This document shows, in pieces, positions 1 to 12,919 of a stretch of DNA of 64,000 bases. The position numbers and the translations under genes were made by a program. Origin of the DNA: Mytilus californianus (Eukaryota); NCBI RefSeq assembly GCF_021869535.1, contig NW_026262712.1, positions 78,616,001 through 78,680,000 on the forward strand, read 5' to 3'. Within the stretch, counting starts at the first letter, position 1. Every line of letters starts with the position of its first letter. The notes below the pieces were generated by a model that was given only the letters and a program-made list of their open reading frames with translations, had not been told where the DNA came from and did no database searches.

Positions 1-670
1 GTTTGTTTTCGATCTATGAGTTTGACTGTCCCTCTGGTATCTTTCGTCCCTTTTTTATAAAATATTAAACTATTATATGCCCAAAGTGCAATAACTGCAA
101 CACCAATGATTATCAAACACAGAATAAAACTTTCAATGAAAGGTATACGTCTTCATTTAGCTTTAAATCGCTAGGATCGTTATATATAATATCATTAACG
201 AATTCATAAGAGGCTACCAAACTTTGAATCCGATCACGTGACCACGTGTTTGCTACTCTGATGGGAGAGTAACGAAAGTATTGATACGTTACAGATCTAA
301 CCAAATATAAACTCAACGCCAAAGTCTAGATCTGTAGTTGAAATGGTATCGCACATTAAATTTTACATGTGTGCATTAATTGTATACAAAAACAATGCGA
401 CTTTTACATCATTTGTATTCATTAACTAAAATTGGACCTCTACCAGCCTTTTTTGAACATTTGTGAATGAATTAAATTAATTCACTTATTTGTCAATAGA
501 TTGCTCTATGCTCCCAATAAAACATTTTCCCATTTAATCCATGCTAAAGCCTTTTGTAAAAATGTACGTACATTTCATATTAAATTCACATGAAATATTA
601 CATAAATATTTTATTTAAATACCTTGCAAAAGTATGTCTGAACTTTATCTGATTTAACGACTTTACATTA

Positions 671-815
671 GGGAACGACCATTTAACTACAAAGGGGAAA
701 AAGGGGGGGAGTATGGTTTTTCCCCATACCTTACAGTGTTAAATTTTGTAACTCAGACAAAAACCCATAACAACCCTCATTCCCCCTCCCCTTTTGAAGT
801 TAAATGGTTGCTCCC
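671..815. mobile_element. PIF/Harbinger (Tourist-like) MITE, 145 bp
   Basis: Imperfect terminal inverted repeats GGGAACGACCATTTAAC / GTTAAATGGTTGCTCCC. TTA target duplication at 668-670 and 816-818. GGG...CCC termini. Confidence 0.75.
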
Positions 816-2804
816 TTAATGTTTAAAATTGCACAATAGATAAAATTAGAGTGAGTGTGAACTATATCCGTATGAATGAAGCTGTCTTTTAACATAAAAA
901 TATTATATAAAAGATTCTTCTTTTTTTTTGAGAATGCATAATTCAATGTATCATTTTCATGAATGAGCATTACATATTTCTCGGAGGACGTTGAACATCA
1001 ATAAATCTACCAATTACCTGGAGTTTATTCAGTGTTTTGTTATGAACAGATGAATTATTCCTTTTATGTAAGTAATTGGACTTGTTGGTCGGTCTATATT
1101 GTGTTTTGTATACTATTGTTTGTGTTTTGGTCCTTTACTGTTTTTGCCATGGTATTGTCAATTTGGTATTTTTCGTCTCTCTTTTAAAAACTAAACAGAC
1201 TGCAGTTTACATTTACCACAAAATAAGGGAATATTGATTTTTACTTTTTCACTATTTTCTTTCTTCGCATGCTATAAACATGCTTGAAAGGAGTAATGGC
1301 CTATCAATGATGATAGCTGCTACAATTAGAATGTCATATTTTGATAGATGATGTCTTTAATAACGTAAAGTACATCTAATATATTATATAGTTTGATTGT
1401 TACTTTTGTTTATTAGACACCATTTGAACAATTAGATGTTGTGTTTTGTTTCTTCTTGTTTGTCTTTCGCCATTTTTCACTTTTTGCCGTGGCACTGTCA
1501 GTTTGTTATCGTCTTATTATTTTGAATATCCTTTGGTATCTTTGGCCTCTCTTTTAGAATGTCTGTAGAATTTTCAAATGAATTGATTTGAAAAACAGAT
1601 GATTAATTGTTACAGTATAAAAATATATATTAGAATTCAAAATAACCAGCATTTCCTTAAATTTTGTTAATTTTGAAGTTTATTTGGGACGAATAAAAGT
1701 AATAAAAGAACAATCATTGATTCTCTTTGATCTGAAAAGGATTGTAAACTAACGATATCCCGATATAATTTCGATAAACAGGAAGTAAAAAAAACAGCAT
1801 CACACGGTACAGCATTACCATTATTTATATTAAAGCTTGATACCAAATTTCAAGAAGCACTGATTCGCATAGTTCCTGAGAAATAGCGACGAATATTTCA
1901 TACAGAACCACCAAAGAATGTATAAGTATTTAGTAGATAGGTAGTTGATGAGCAGAAGATGAGAAATGACATCACATGGTATATCATGCATAGTCACATA
2001 CCAGATTTCAGGATGCTCTGGTTTGAAGTTCAAGGAAAAGTTAGATGAAAATTCCAGTGGAAGGACGGACAGGCGGACGGAGTTAAATCAGTATACCCTC
2101 CTTCACAGCGGTAGAATAACTATAGAGATTGTTTGGTAAGACTTTTAATGTAATGCCTAAAAAAATTGAACAAGTACATGTAAGTAGTAAAGTGTTAAAA
2201 TTGTTAGTCAGATAATCAGGTGCAGTTGTAAAAGTTCACAATTGGAACAGTCCAGTAATATTCTGGTCGTCATACTTTTCTCGCATCTTTCTTTTTCATT
2301 TTTGTCGTTATTAATGGCTTTTTTTGAGTTAACTGTAGTTGGAAGAAACCCTTAAGTCGAATAACCCAGATGATATCATGGCAAACAGAAAATAAACTAA
2401 AGGACAAACAAGTGTCTACAAAACACTACAATGAAAATAAAAAATTAAGGAACACGAATCCCACTAAAAATCGGAGATGATGTTAGGGGATCCGGAAGGA
2501 TAAGTTATTATAGGACAGGTATATACACATGTATATCTTCATTGACTAATAACAAAACAATATGTTAGTTGCTTTTTTTGGGTAGCTGTATAACATATAT
2601 GTACCCTATATCAGTTTGCTCATATTTATTATAAGTTAACATACAAAGTAGTACAACACAAAATGCTTCCAATGCTGTATTTTTTTCTACGCATCTAATA
2701 ACTTTCTATGCTTTTCTAATTCCAAATTATCCACAATTAAACGTCTGGTACCGGTTCTTCTATTTCTTAGAAACAAAAATAACAAAAAAACCGAACTCCA
2801 AGGT

Positions 2805-3015
2805 ATTCCTTACTTGGTACAGGCATTTCCTTATGTAAGAAATGATGGATAAGACCTGGTTTTATAGCTAGCTAAACCTCTTACTTGTATGACAGTCGCA
2901 TAAAATTCCATTATATTGAAAACAAAGTGTGAGCAAAACAAACAGACATAATAAGCAAAAATGTAAAAAAATAGGGGTGCAGTAGTCAACATTGTGTTAT
3001 AATCTTAATCACTAT
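2805..3015 (-). repeat. Dispersed repeat fragment, probable Penelope-like element 3' region
   Basis: Shares CTTGGTACAGGCATTT...AAACCTCT.ACTTGTA.GACAGTCGCAT with 49019-49283 and partly with 32640-32790. Confidence 0.5.
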
Positions 3016-3334
3016 AAACATAATGTTGACTACTGTTTGTTTATAAATCTCTATTTACTTTAATAAAAACAGACTTGGAAAAATTAATGTTTATTTTTCT
3101 AAAAACATACAGAACGAGAAATAAAAAAATGTTTCTAATCTTTTTCAATAGAAAGCAACACTGTTTCTACATTTTCCTTCTGTAAAAATATGTTTTAAAG
3201 AAAGTTAGAATCAAACCCATGCCCTCCCAAAAAAAAAATCCAACGATAATTGATCGGTGCCTTACAATATATCCAAATATATAACAAGTATTAAAAACAT
3301 TCTACAAAAAAGGCCTTTCAAGACAGGTGTAATG

Positions 3335-4131
3335 TAACCGGGAGATTGGCTACTGATTGATGATGATAACGAGCTGCAACCAACGACCGATTGCAGACGT
3401 TGGTGATGCCAACGTTAGACAATGACTAAGACCTAGTCACTTGCCTGAGAATACTCGCTTGAACTCCACTTGTAGAATTAGACACAAGTCCTATGCAGTA
3501 GTTAACAATTTATTGATTCAGGATGGAATACATGTACTTTTACAAATGAGCGGATGTTGTCAGTACGAATGCCCGACTCTCACTGAAGTAAGAACTTCAG
3601 AAAACATATTTAAATCAAGAATTTACATGGTTACAATAATAGAAACGAGATTACCGAATGACAATGAAATAATACAATTTAGCACTTGAAAGATTAACAA
3701 AAGAATATTACAAAAATCTGTCGCTTGAGTTTTAGGCTAAATAGAGCTAATTTAAATGACTAAAGAATTAATATTCTTTACATAAGAAAACTTAAGAATT
3801 ATGTAAAGCTGTGACTTTATCTATTATTTACAAAAAGAATTATATAGAAACAAATTCCGACTTTGTGAAAATATACTGACACTTAATTGTTACTTCTAAC
3901 ACAAAAAGCTTTATAAAGAAAAATCGTTACATGTTAATAAAATTACTTTGACGGACAAATATTGCAAATAAAATGATTTAGAAAAAATGATAATAAGTAT
4001 AACAATATAATGACATTTTATGACCGAACAGTTTGTCTGTGAGAGTCCAAAGATACCAGATTTAAGAAATCTAATCCTTTTAAATAGTTTCAAATAAAGA
4101 TGCATAATTTACACAAATTATCGCTATCACA
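3335..4131 (+). repeat. Duplicated segment, copy A (about 800 bp), downstream of GPCR1
   Basis: Colinear direct match to 31427-32223, from TAACCGGGAGA to TTATCGCTATCACA. Roughly 90% identity by eye. Confidence 0.9.
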
Positions 4132-4360
4132 GATACACAAACATAAAAGACACTTTACCATCACATCGGTTCTTTCGAATTAAAATCCAACCTTCGATTT
4201 CAATAATAACAAATTGATTGAAGCCAGTTTTACTTTATTAATTTTGTATGTGTCAGTTGTCCAGTTTCTAGCCAACCTTTCCCTCAAAGAACCACTGCCT
4301 TTCCTCTAAATATATATCCCCAGTAAAATACCGGTAAACACCGTTTTATCTAAACCTACA

Positions 4361-5386
4361 TCAGACTACATTCATCCAAATCATTTTACAACTTTGTCGA
4401 AAACGCTTGTCCATAAAACCATAAACAATTGGATTGACTACGTTATTTATCATTACAGATCGTGCTAATATAGGCATGATTAAAGAAGCCACTGATCCAG
4501 GTTCCACAAGAAAAGAACCTTTCAATGCTGTTAATAAACTTATAATCGCATGTGGTATGAAGCTAAGTATAAATACGAGAGTAATCATAAATGCAATCTT
4601 TGTGATACGGTTTAATGGGGATTCCAGCGATTTTCGTTTTGTTGCTTCTGTATTTCCGGTCTCTGAAATAGTAAATGTTTTGTTAGATGCTTTATTTCCC
4701 CGTGATTCTGATGATGGTTTGGCGTGAAATTGTCGTCTAAATTTTGATTGAATATATATCTTTCTTCCGATGAGAGAATAAAGTAAAACAAGAAAGAAAA
4801 TACAAGTAAAAACCATTAGCGTTATGACACCCTCACCAATGACCGGAAGTAAGGTATCAGCATATTCATCAGCAAGGGAGCAATCATGTCCTACGGTAAA
4901 GTTATCGAGCGACACAATTCGAATACCACTCCCAAAAAAGCTTAAACTAGATAAGCATAACAATATTATATATCCACCTCCAATGTAAATCTTTGCCCTT
5001 TTAATCGAAATTTGTTCCTTCAATGGTTTGCAGATTCTTTGATATGTATCATAAGATAATTGCGTGAGTACAAATATAGAGGCCATGGAAAACCAATGTG
5101 AACATGTTCTAAACAGCTTACATACTATCGCGTTATAGAATCTATATTGATATCGCATTTCTACTATTTCGAATGGAACAATAACAAGGCAAACTAGAAT
5201 ATCGGGTATTGCAAGTCCAGTAATGAATGTTCTGTGTGTACTGACCGAAAATTTCATAGGATATATAATGAGAACGAGGGTATTCCCTATAATCCCAAAA
5301 GTCATCAGTATGCCAAGGTAGATAACTGGAATCAGCCGGCGACTGGCCTCCTCTTCACTGTATTCCTCTAAAGTCTTGTTTGTCAT
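4361..5386 (-). CDS. Intronless rhodopsin-class (class A) GPCR, orphan peptide-receptor-like (GPCR1)
   Basis: Seven hydrophobic segments. GN in TM1, LAxxD in TM2, Cys at the top of TM3, DTY at the DRY position, SFIP in TM6, NPIVY in TM7. N-terminal NKT sequon. The ORF track starts at TTG 5410; the first ATG is at 5386. A possible acceptor (TTTCTGCAG) lies near 5508. Confidence 0.92.
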   Translation of the reverse strand: MTNKTLEEYSEEEASRRLIPVIYLGILMTFGIIGNTLVLIIYPMKFSVSTHRTFITGLAIPDILVCLVIVPFEIVEMRYQYRFYNAIVCKLFRTCSHWFSMASIFVLTQLSYDTYQRICKPLKEQISIKRAKIYIGGGYIILLCLSSLSFFGSGIRIVSLDNFTVGHDCSLADEYADTLLPVIGEGVITLMVFTCIFFLVLLYSLIGRKIYIQSKFRRQFHAKPSSESRGNKASNKTFTISETGNTEATKRKSLESPLNRITKIAFMITLVFILSFIPHAIISLLTALKGSFLVEPGSVASLIMPILARSVMINNVVNPIVYGFMDKRFRQSCKMIWMNVV

Positions 5387-8300
5387 AATAATACTGTCTT
5401 CAATTCGCAATATTAAAACTAATATTTTTGGTCATTGGTTGCTTTTCAAAAACTATTAGTTGAACAACTAGATGGTGACCTATAATCAAGTAAGCTATCT
5501 CATTTACCTGCAGAAATATGAATAGAACCTATGATTGAAAATAAACAACATACTGTTTGCTAAGTACTTCCGTTTGCTTAGAATTGTTTCTTGGTAATTA
5601 TCAATTTGAAGCAGAGACGACACATTCTGAAAAAATATTTGCACTATCAGTTCAAGTTTCAAAGACAACAGTAAACATCAGTGAAAAATCAGTGTATTTA
5701 CATTATACTTTGGTAATGGACATTTTATTGATAGTTCTTAACCAATTTTCTATAACAATAATGTCACATTATAATTAATATGGATTTATATCCTATAGAC
5801 TTGTATTTGAGAAATTAAAAAAAAATAATTGTGTTATATTTAATTGTTTCACTGACATATCTTTTTTCTTTTTTTTATGAGGAATCAAATGTTTTATAAC
5901 CATTACATCTTTGTTTTACTACTATATATAAAACTAGGAAAACATTGATTAGAACAACTCTTTTTTGTCAAATGCACTTAACTGTAGTTAGATGAAAGAA
6001 TAAAAAAATTGCAAAGAAAGGTCTTGAAATCTGCTTTCAGAAATAAAAAAAAAATAAAAATTGGATCACGAATCATTCAAACGAGAAAACCAACAGGCTC
6101 CTGACTTGGTATAGGCACATAAAGAATATGACGGGGTTAAACATGTTTATGAGTGGTCAACCATTCCTCTAACCAGGCTAGTGGTATAACAGCACAACAT
6201 AACTGTAAAATTCAGTTTCAGTTGGCTTAACTAAGTACTATAGTGTTGTGTGGTTTTATTTTTTTTAAACAAAAATTAATGTCCAACTTTCCTAAATAAA
6301 AGTTCATCTAATCAGTATTTAAAAACTGGCTGCTGCGTGAAGGCTGTAAACTCTCTCGTGGAGTGGCAAAAGGGTATCGATGAGTTTGAAGACTTTAAGA
6401 ATACAAAAATCTAGCTTGACATATTGTATAGACACCTCTCTATTATTGAAGATTGTATGTCGACCTCTCTATGTCCTTTTTGTATTGTTGGATTACTGTA
6501 TCGTTGATATACATACACCACATCTTCTTTTATCCATATAAACTACAAGTACTATCCTTAAAAAAAAGATATCTGACGCATTCAGTTGATTGCATAGAGT
6601 TTAAAACAAACCATGCATTTTTGTCAATTTTTTTTTATCATAGTTTAAAAAATTGCACACAATTTGACGGCAAAAAGCTGAGTATATGCGCTTTTCTCTA
6701 AAGAATTAAAATATATGTACTGCATGGTACTTTAATAACTAAATGTATATATATATATAATAGGTATTTTTCAGAGATAAAGAAGTATCTACAGCTCTGA
6801 AATAGACATACACATAAGATATTAGTAGGTTACAATATGTAATGAATAACAAACTTGAAGCAGTTTAGAACGTCAAGCACAACTTTAACACCGATTTCGG
6901 TGTGTATAGTCGGGGACGGACGGACGCCAAAGGGAGATGATGTATATAATACAGCTTTTGATAAGTAATTGAATTTGCAATATATGCATTTGGGCATTCT
7001 TTATTCAAGCATAATACTCTATGAGATTATTATTACGCCTTGTAAATTTTGGTACACAAAGTCGATAAGATATATTTATAGCACTCGAGCTATTAATAGC
7101 CTAATTGACCTGCAAGGTATATCTAATGAACCTGTCAGTGATATTTAGCTACTCATGTATGGAAGGCTAGCTACAAAATTCAAACAATTTGACAGTGGTG
7201 ATATTGACACTTTCTTTACCTTATTCTATTTTTATTTATCTGGATAATTTCATGTTTAAGCTTGATTTTATGTCCGTAATGTTTTTTTTTATTGTAGCAT
7301 ATACCTTTTTTGTTGGTTTTTGTTCAATTCCTTAATCTCGTCCAATCAGAGTAAAGATTTATGACATCATGCATGCCGTTTCCATAGTTAAGCGTCCTTT
7401 AAAAATAGGTCACATATCGAAGTTATTACTGCGTCAGTAATAATTCCTCTATTTCTCTATGACCCCTAAAAAATCTTAGTTAGATTGAATTAATGTTAGG
7501 AAATGAACGAAAGAAAGACATGTCCACGGAACTAGCTATACTTATGATCACTTATTGCTTTCCTTAAACAATAGTGCATATGCGTTGAGAATGAAGGGCG
7601 TATAATTTTTGACTCTGTTTGGTGTGTCTGTATATGTAATCATCCTTTTTCCGATCTGACTGGGGACATGCTATTTAATCACCAATACGTAAAGAACAAA
7701 ATGCAAGTTGTTTGTATGTATGAAAAAATTGATAAAGTGATTAAATCTTACTCAATTGTGTACAGACTGCTATAATGGCTGTTATCATCTCGCTGGATGC
7801 CTTAATTTCAACTTGTAATATCTTTGGGGGGGAAGGGGGGCGGGGGTTAAATCCGATTAAGTTATTGAAATGCCAAGGTTGTGTAATTCAGTTATTGTAA
7901 AAAAAATATTTGATTGTTATCTAAACACGTTGTGATAAGTAACTCTTGCAGGGAAATGACATCATTCTTTTATGACGGCTTACTGTTTTCAGACTAAGCC
8001 ATATTTGTTATTTTTTTTTCTTTTGAATACAAATTTCTAACAAATGTTTATGCACGACACAAGCCAGCATACTCAGGGAATTGGATCATTTTGATGAAAT
8101 TAATATAAATTTAACTCGCAGTGTTTGGTTACCCTTTTCATTTATCTGAAAGAGGAACACAGGAACAAGTCTGACATATACATGTAAGGAGCGCTATTGG
8201 TGTCCATATGAAACTTTATTAACGTAACGTACATAAATGTCAAGGGCTGCTTTACAGGAGATTTTCTTCATGATAGGATGTTCGTAGTTTTCTCCATTCG

Positions 8301-8439
8301 GTTCTGAATTGTAAGGAATAAATCTTCATGCATAAAAATATTGACACAAATGATGTTGCATTTTTTGTTCAGCAATGATCTACATATATCGCAATATATC
8401 CTCAATTGAGAAAATTACGAAGTGGAAAATACATACATA

Positions 8440-8597
8440 CATTGTGATTTCGGGGTCTTTTATAGCTGACTATGCGGTATGGGCTTTGCTCATTGTTGAA
8501 GGCCGTACGGTGACCTATAGCTGTTAATTTCTGTGTCATTTGGTCTCTTGTGGAGAGTTGTCTCATTGGAAATCATACCACATCTTCTTTTTTATAT
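8440..8597 (+). repeat. 3' end of an abundant Penelope-like repeat family
   Basis: GGCCGTACGGTGACCTATAG...GTCTCATTGG..ATCATACCACATCTTC motif ending in T/TA runs. At least nine copies of this end occur in the window, and two are joined to RT-coding remnants (10046-11490, 20220-21340). Confidence 0.7.
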
Positions 8598-9859
8598 ATA
8601 CATGTATATCTCATGGCTTGTTTACACATAGAAGCGTTTAAAGATGTTTCTTCATCGCACTTTAATGGGACATTAGGATATTAAACAGACATTACGATTA
8701 TCGTGAAATTACTATTCTGTCACAATTTTAAAGAACGTTCATGCTCTTTATAAGTCATGCTATATCACGTAAATATGACTGTGATGGTGAACGATCACAT
8801 TGAAAGTCTTCCCTGTGCCAACATAACTCTTCTTAGCTCTTAAAGCATTCAGGAATAACATTACTGTAGTTGAAGAGTTGCCGCCGTCAATTTGGGATTT
8901 GATGGTCGCAAATGCAGTTTTATGGAGGCAACGCGTCAAGTGCAGTACTGTTTTTTTAATGCGATACTCTTATCTTTAAAAAAAAATGTATTAAACATTA
9001 AAAAATAAATCCAGGGAACGTCGACTGCTAATGTGCAACGTAGCGTGGAACTTGAAGACAGGCGTTATATTATAAAAATATAGCATTACATGAGACATTG
9101 TTTATCGCATACTATGATCTGGTTACATAACGTCAACGGACAAATTGTTTTTGATGTCATCATTAACAGTACAAGAAAGTAAATGACAGCTGAAAGACAG
9201 TCGGAAAGCTGACCCCGGTTTAAACCCCTAAAGACAACAATGGAAGTCATATGACTACCATACTTGGCATATTTTTTTGTCATTTTTTGTTCAACTGAAA
9301 GGAGTTGGTTTCCTTCAAAAAGTCTTACATGTATCAAATGAAATCAAAACATAAATGACAACTGTGTATACTTTTTAGAAGTTCTAACACACATTGTGTT
9401 CATTAAATGTACTGAATTAGAATACGCAGCCTTCAAACCCCAGGTCGTCACTCGTTCTGGGGAACCTATGCTGACTTTAAATTATGTGATGAGACTTTTT
9501 ATGAACTAGTGTCAAATGTGTGCCACTTTAAAATATGCTGTAATACGCAAATGTGCCACTTCAATCTGTCAACTTAAAAATTTCTGACGAAGCGGTTCCG
9601 ATAGTAATTTACGAGTTACGTCCCTTTGTTAACACTTTTCAAGAACAAACTTATTTGTGCTCAATCTGATTAAAAACAGTCCCCACTACACACTTGCGTT
9701 TGTAACCTACAAATGCAAGTGGATAGTGGGGTCTGGTTTTAATCAGACTGATGTGTGCTATTATATATATTTAGCACCATATGCTGTCATTTACAAGTGA
9801 ATATAATCAAAATGATTAATTAGCTTTTTACTAAATATAATTGATTATATTTTTATACT

Positions 9860-10040
9860 ACAGACCTACTAGTCAAATGCGTTTTGTTAAAATATACTTT
9901 TTCACTTTTTTGGTCTTTAGGAAAATGTTGTTTGTGCTTTATTTAGACCCCTCTACCAAGAAATTTGTTTTGCATGAACACGTATAAAAAATGCGGTTTT
10001 TATCCTAAGCAATCATAGGTTTGAACGTTGTTTTCAAGTT
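9860..10040 (+). repeat. Dispersed repeat, inverted copy of 30525-30712
   Basis: GTCAAATGCGTTTTGTTAAAATATACTTTT...AATCATAGGTTTGAACGTTGTTTTC is the reverse complement of the 30.5-30.7 kb segment. Confidence 0.75.
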
Positions 10041-10045
10041 AGTAG

Positions 10046-11490
10046 ATATAAGAAGATGTGGTATGAGTGCCAATGAGACAACTCTCCATCCAAGTCAAAA
10101 TTTATAAAAGTAAACCATTATAGGTCACAGTACGGTCTTCAACACGGAGCCTTGGCTCACACCGAACAGTAAGCTATAAAGGGCCCCAAAAAATTACTAG
10201 TGTAAAACCATTCAAACGGGAAAACCAACGGTCTAATCTATATAAAAAACGAGAAACGAGAAACACTTATGAACCACATCAACAAACGACAACTACTGAA
10301 CATCAGATTCCTGACTTAGGACAGGTGCAAACAAATGCAGCGGGTTTAAACGTTTTAATGGTACCAAACCTTCACCCTTTTTCTGAAACAATAGTGTAAC
10401 ATCACAACATAGAAAGACACACTATAAAATATCAAATGAAATAGTTTAACTCAATCAAAGGACATATTAACACCATTGAACATACACTGAACAAATAAAT
10501 TAGACCTATGACACAATGTAAATACAAAATAAATAAACTAAGGGAAGAATAATAAAAGTAACATGTATATCGGTAAGAAATGTTAAACAATTAAAGAAAA
10601 ACAATATGCTCGAACAAAAATATCATTCATTTGCAATAACTTTAAACACAGGTAAATGAAAATAATTTTGTTGTTAGGTATACGTGTATAGTACCAATGG
10701 AGAAAGGAAATATTTTTACAAAATAAATAATTTTGATGTTCATAGTACAAAGTGAAAATTTTATAGTTATACCAAACACTTATCAAAGCTGGTATATAGA
10801 CCAGATATAACCCTGAATAACCATAAATAACAAAAAAGCAATACAATTAGTATCAACAGGTCAAATAAACAAGAAAGTACGATTTGAGAGTACTCGCAGT
10901 TACTGACAGCTAGTTAAAAGCCAAAACAATTAATAATAAAAAATCATGCATCAGAGACTAAAATCAACTAAAACACATCCCAGGGATTTAGTATTTTAAC
11001 GTCATGGACAGTCAAAGAAGACATGACTAGTGCAATGCCAAAAATAAATGTATCGACAGGCAGTAGGATAGTTAGGAGTTTAACCTCTTTATAGATCTAA
11101 ACGAACGTGGGTGTGTCTTTATACATCCCGCTTGAAAAAAATACAAATTTAGTTATGTTTTAATTTGCTGATGACAAAATCGATATTAGTGCCAATGTAA
11201 ACTATATTCAAAGATCTAATTACAACGTTGGTAAGATAACCTTTACTAATAAGTGTGTTTAAAGGTTCGATGAGTTTACACGGATCACATAGTTATTTCC
11301 GCGCTTTAAGTACAATATTACCGTAAAATTTAGGATGTGAAATACCGTTTTTAATCAGTTTTCTACAAGTACAGCCAAATTTACTAATCAAATCTTTGTA
11401 TCTATGAAAGAACTTAGCAAAAGTTTTACGTAATTTATGGTAACGAAATCCTTGATTTAATAATTTACCAGTGATGCATTGATAGACTTG
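10046..11490 (-). mobile_element. 5'-truncated Penelope-like element (RT C-terminus plus long 3' region)
   Basis: Minus-strand ORF contains ITGKLLNQGFRYHKLRKTFAKFFHRY, matching the PLE RT C-terminal region as recalled. It is followed by about 1.2 kb of non-coding sequence ending in the CATACCACATCTTCTTATAT terminus. Confidence 0.7.
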
Positions 11491-12714
11491 TTTATATATA
11501 TATATATGTATGTGTGTATGTAAAACATTTTGGTAAACATATTTCATCATTTCAAAACAGTTCCAGTACTGACATACGGGTTTGGGTTTGCAGTTATGTA
11601 GGACATTATATATTATTCCATGAGTTACTTTAATAGTTTGCTATATATTTTACTGCTGTAACCGAATAATACAAACACAGAAATAAATTTCTACTGCTTA
11701 AAGCCAAGGGCTAGCAAAAATACGTATAAATACTGGATCTGGACAGGGTTAAAATGTCAAATCTAATGTTGAATCTCTTGCAATACTTTTGTTCATATAT
11801 GTTAAAGAAATAATAATAAAAGTTATCTCAATGTAAATTCTTCATAATTTAGAATAAAAGGACATTGGTTTGCAATTTGTGTTTTAATAGTTTATTGATT
11901 AAACTAAATAATATAAATTTTGCCTCATTCCATACAGTTTCTAAAAAGAAGAATCCTATCTAATTAATGGATAATAATTTAAATGTTAAACATTTACTTG
12001 CGAATAAATAATAATGAGAAAGATTCGATCTCATATTTTTTCTTCTATTTTAAAAAATTAACTAGGCCTATTTCAGTGCAATTTTGTAATGCTCAGCCAA
12101 TATTTTTTTTTGAAACACAAACCTTTTTGTTTCAGTTAACGTCAAACATTTAACTAAAGAGAATAATTATCCCAGTCGAAATCACAGCTGATTTCGCCAT
12201 TGCTTTTTCAAGCAAACAGACTAAATGTTTGTACATTCGGTTCACATGCATGTTGACATCTATGTGTAAGACAACAACAAAAAAAAAAACCCAAAAAATG
12301 TAAAAAAATGTCTTTTCTTTGGAATTTAGTTCAAACGATGATTCATAATGGGTTACAGAACATTAGACTTAAAATATATTTTTAACTTTTAACTGAGATA
12401 TTTTTTATTTTTTTTACTTCTGTAGATTATATATAATCTTAGTTTATCTGTGAAAACAGAAGAAAAAACTAACAGACAATTTTGCATAATAAGAAAGTAG
12501 CAACAACGGTCGTTTCTAAGGGCTTGCTCTCCAACTGCAGTGACAAAGCAAATTGTTATTGAAGGAAAATCATTGTCATTTGAGCTTAAGTTGAGACACT
12601 TTATGTTTAAATTGCTAATTTTAAAAAAGCAAGTAGATAAATAGGACACAGTAAAAGGTAAGTTAACTTTTGCCAAAAAACTATCCATTATATCTTTTAC
12701 ATATAAGTTCTGCA

Positions 12715-12919
12715 AATGTTTGCACCTGTCCTAAGTCAGGAATCTGATTACAGTAGTTGTCGTCTGTTTATGTAATTCATACGTGTTTCTCGTTTCTCGT
12801 TTTTATATAGATTAGACCGTTGGTTTTTCCGTTTGAATGGTTTTACACTAGTAATTTTTTTGGGCCCTTTATAGCTTGCTGTTCGGTGTGAGCCAATGCT
12901 CCGTGTTGAAGGCCGTACC
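12715..12919 (+). repeat. Penelope-like 3' region fragment, inverted relative to 10128-10337
   Basis: About 205 bp near-identical reverse complement of 10128-10337. Confidence 0.8.

Noticed and set aside
3441-3689. ORF apparently conserved in both duplicated segments (also 31515-31730)
   Set aside because: Most differences between the copies are non-synonymous, copy B is frameshifted near the end, and copy A starts at TTG. The similarity simply reflects recent duplication.
4434-4727. Antisense and alternative-frame ORFs overlapping the GPCRs and LINEs (also 25988, 35773, 44633 and others)
   Set aside because: These are shadow frames of real coding sequence with no independent motifs.
5387-5410. 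Extended GPCR1 N-terminus from TTG
   Set aside because: A non-ATG start is unlikely in an animal gene, and an in-frame ATG at 5386 precedes the NKT sequon.
11160-11185. Other CTGATGA or TCATCAG occurrences (about 11168, 20566, 58937)
   Set aside because: No downstream GAAA with pairing helices, so they are not hammerheads.
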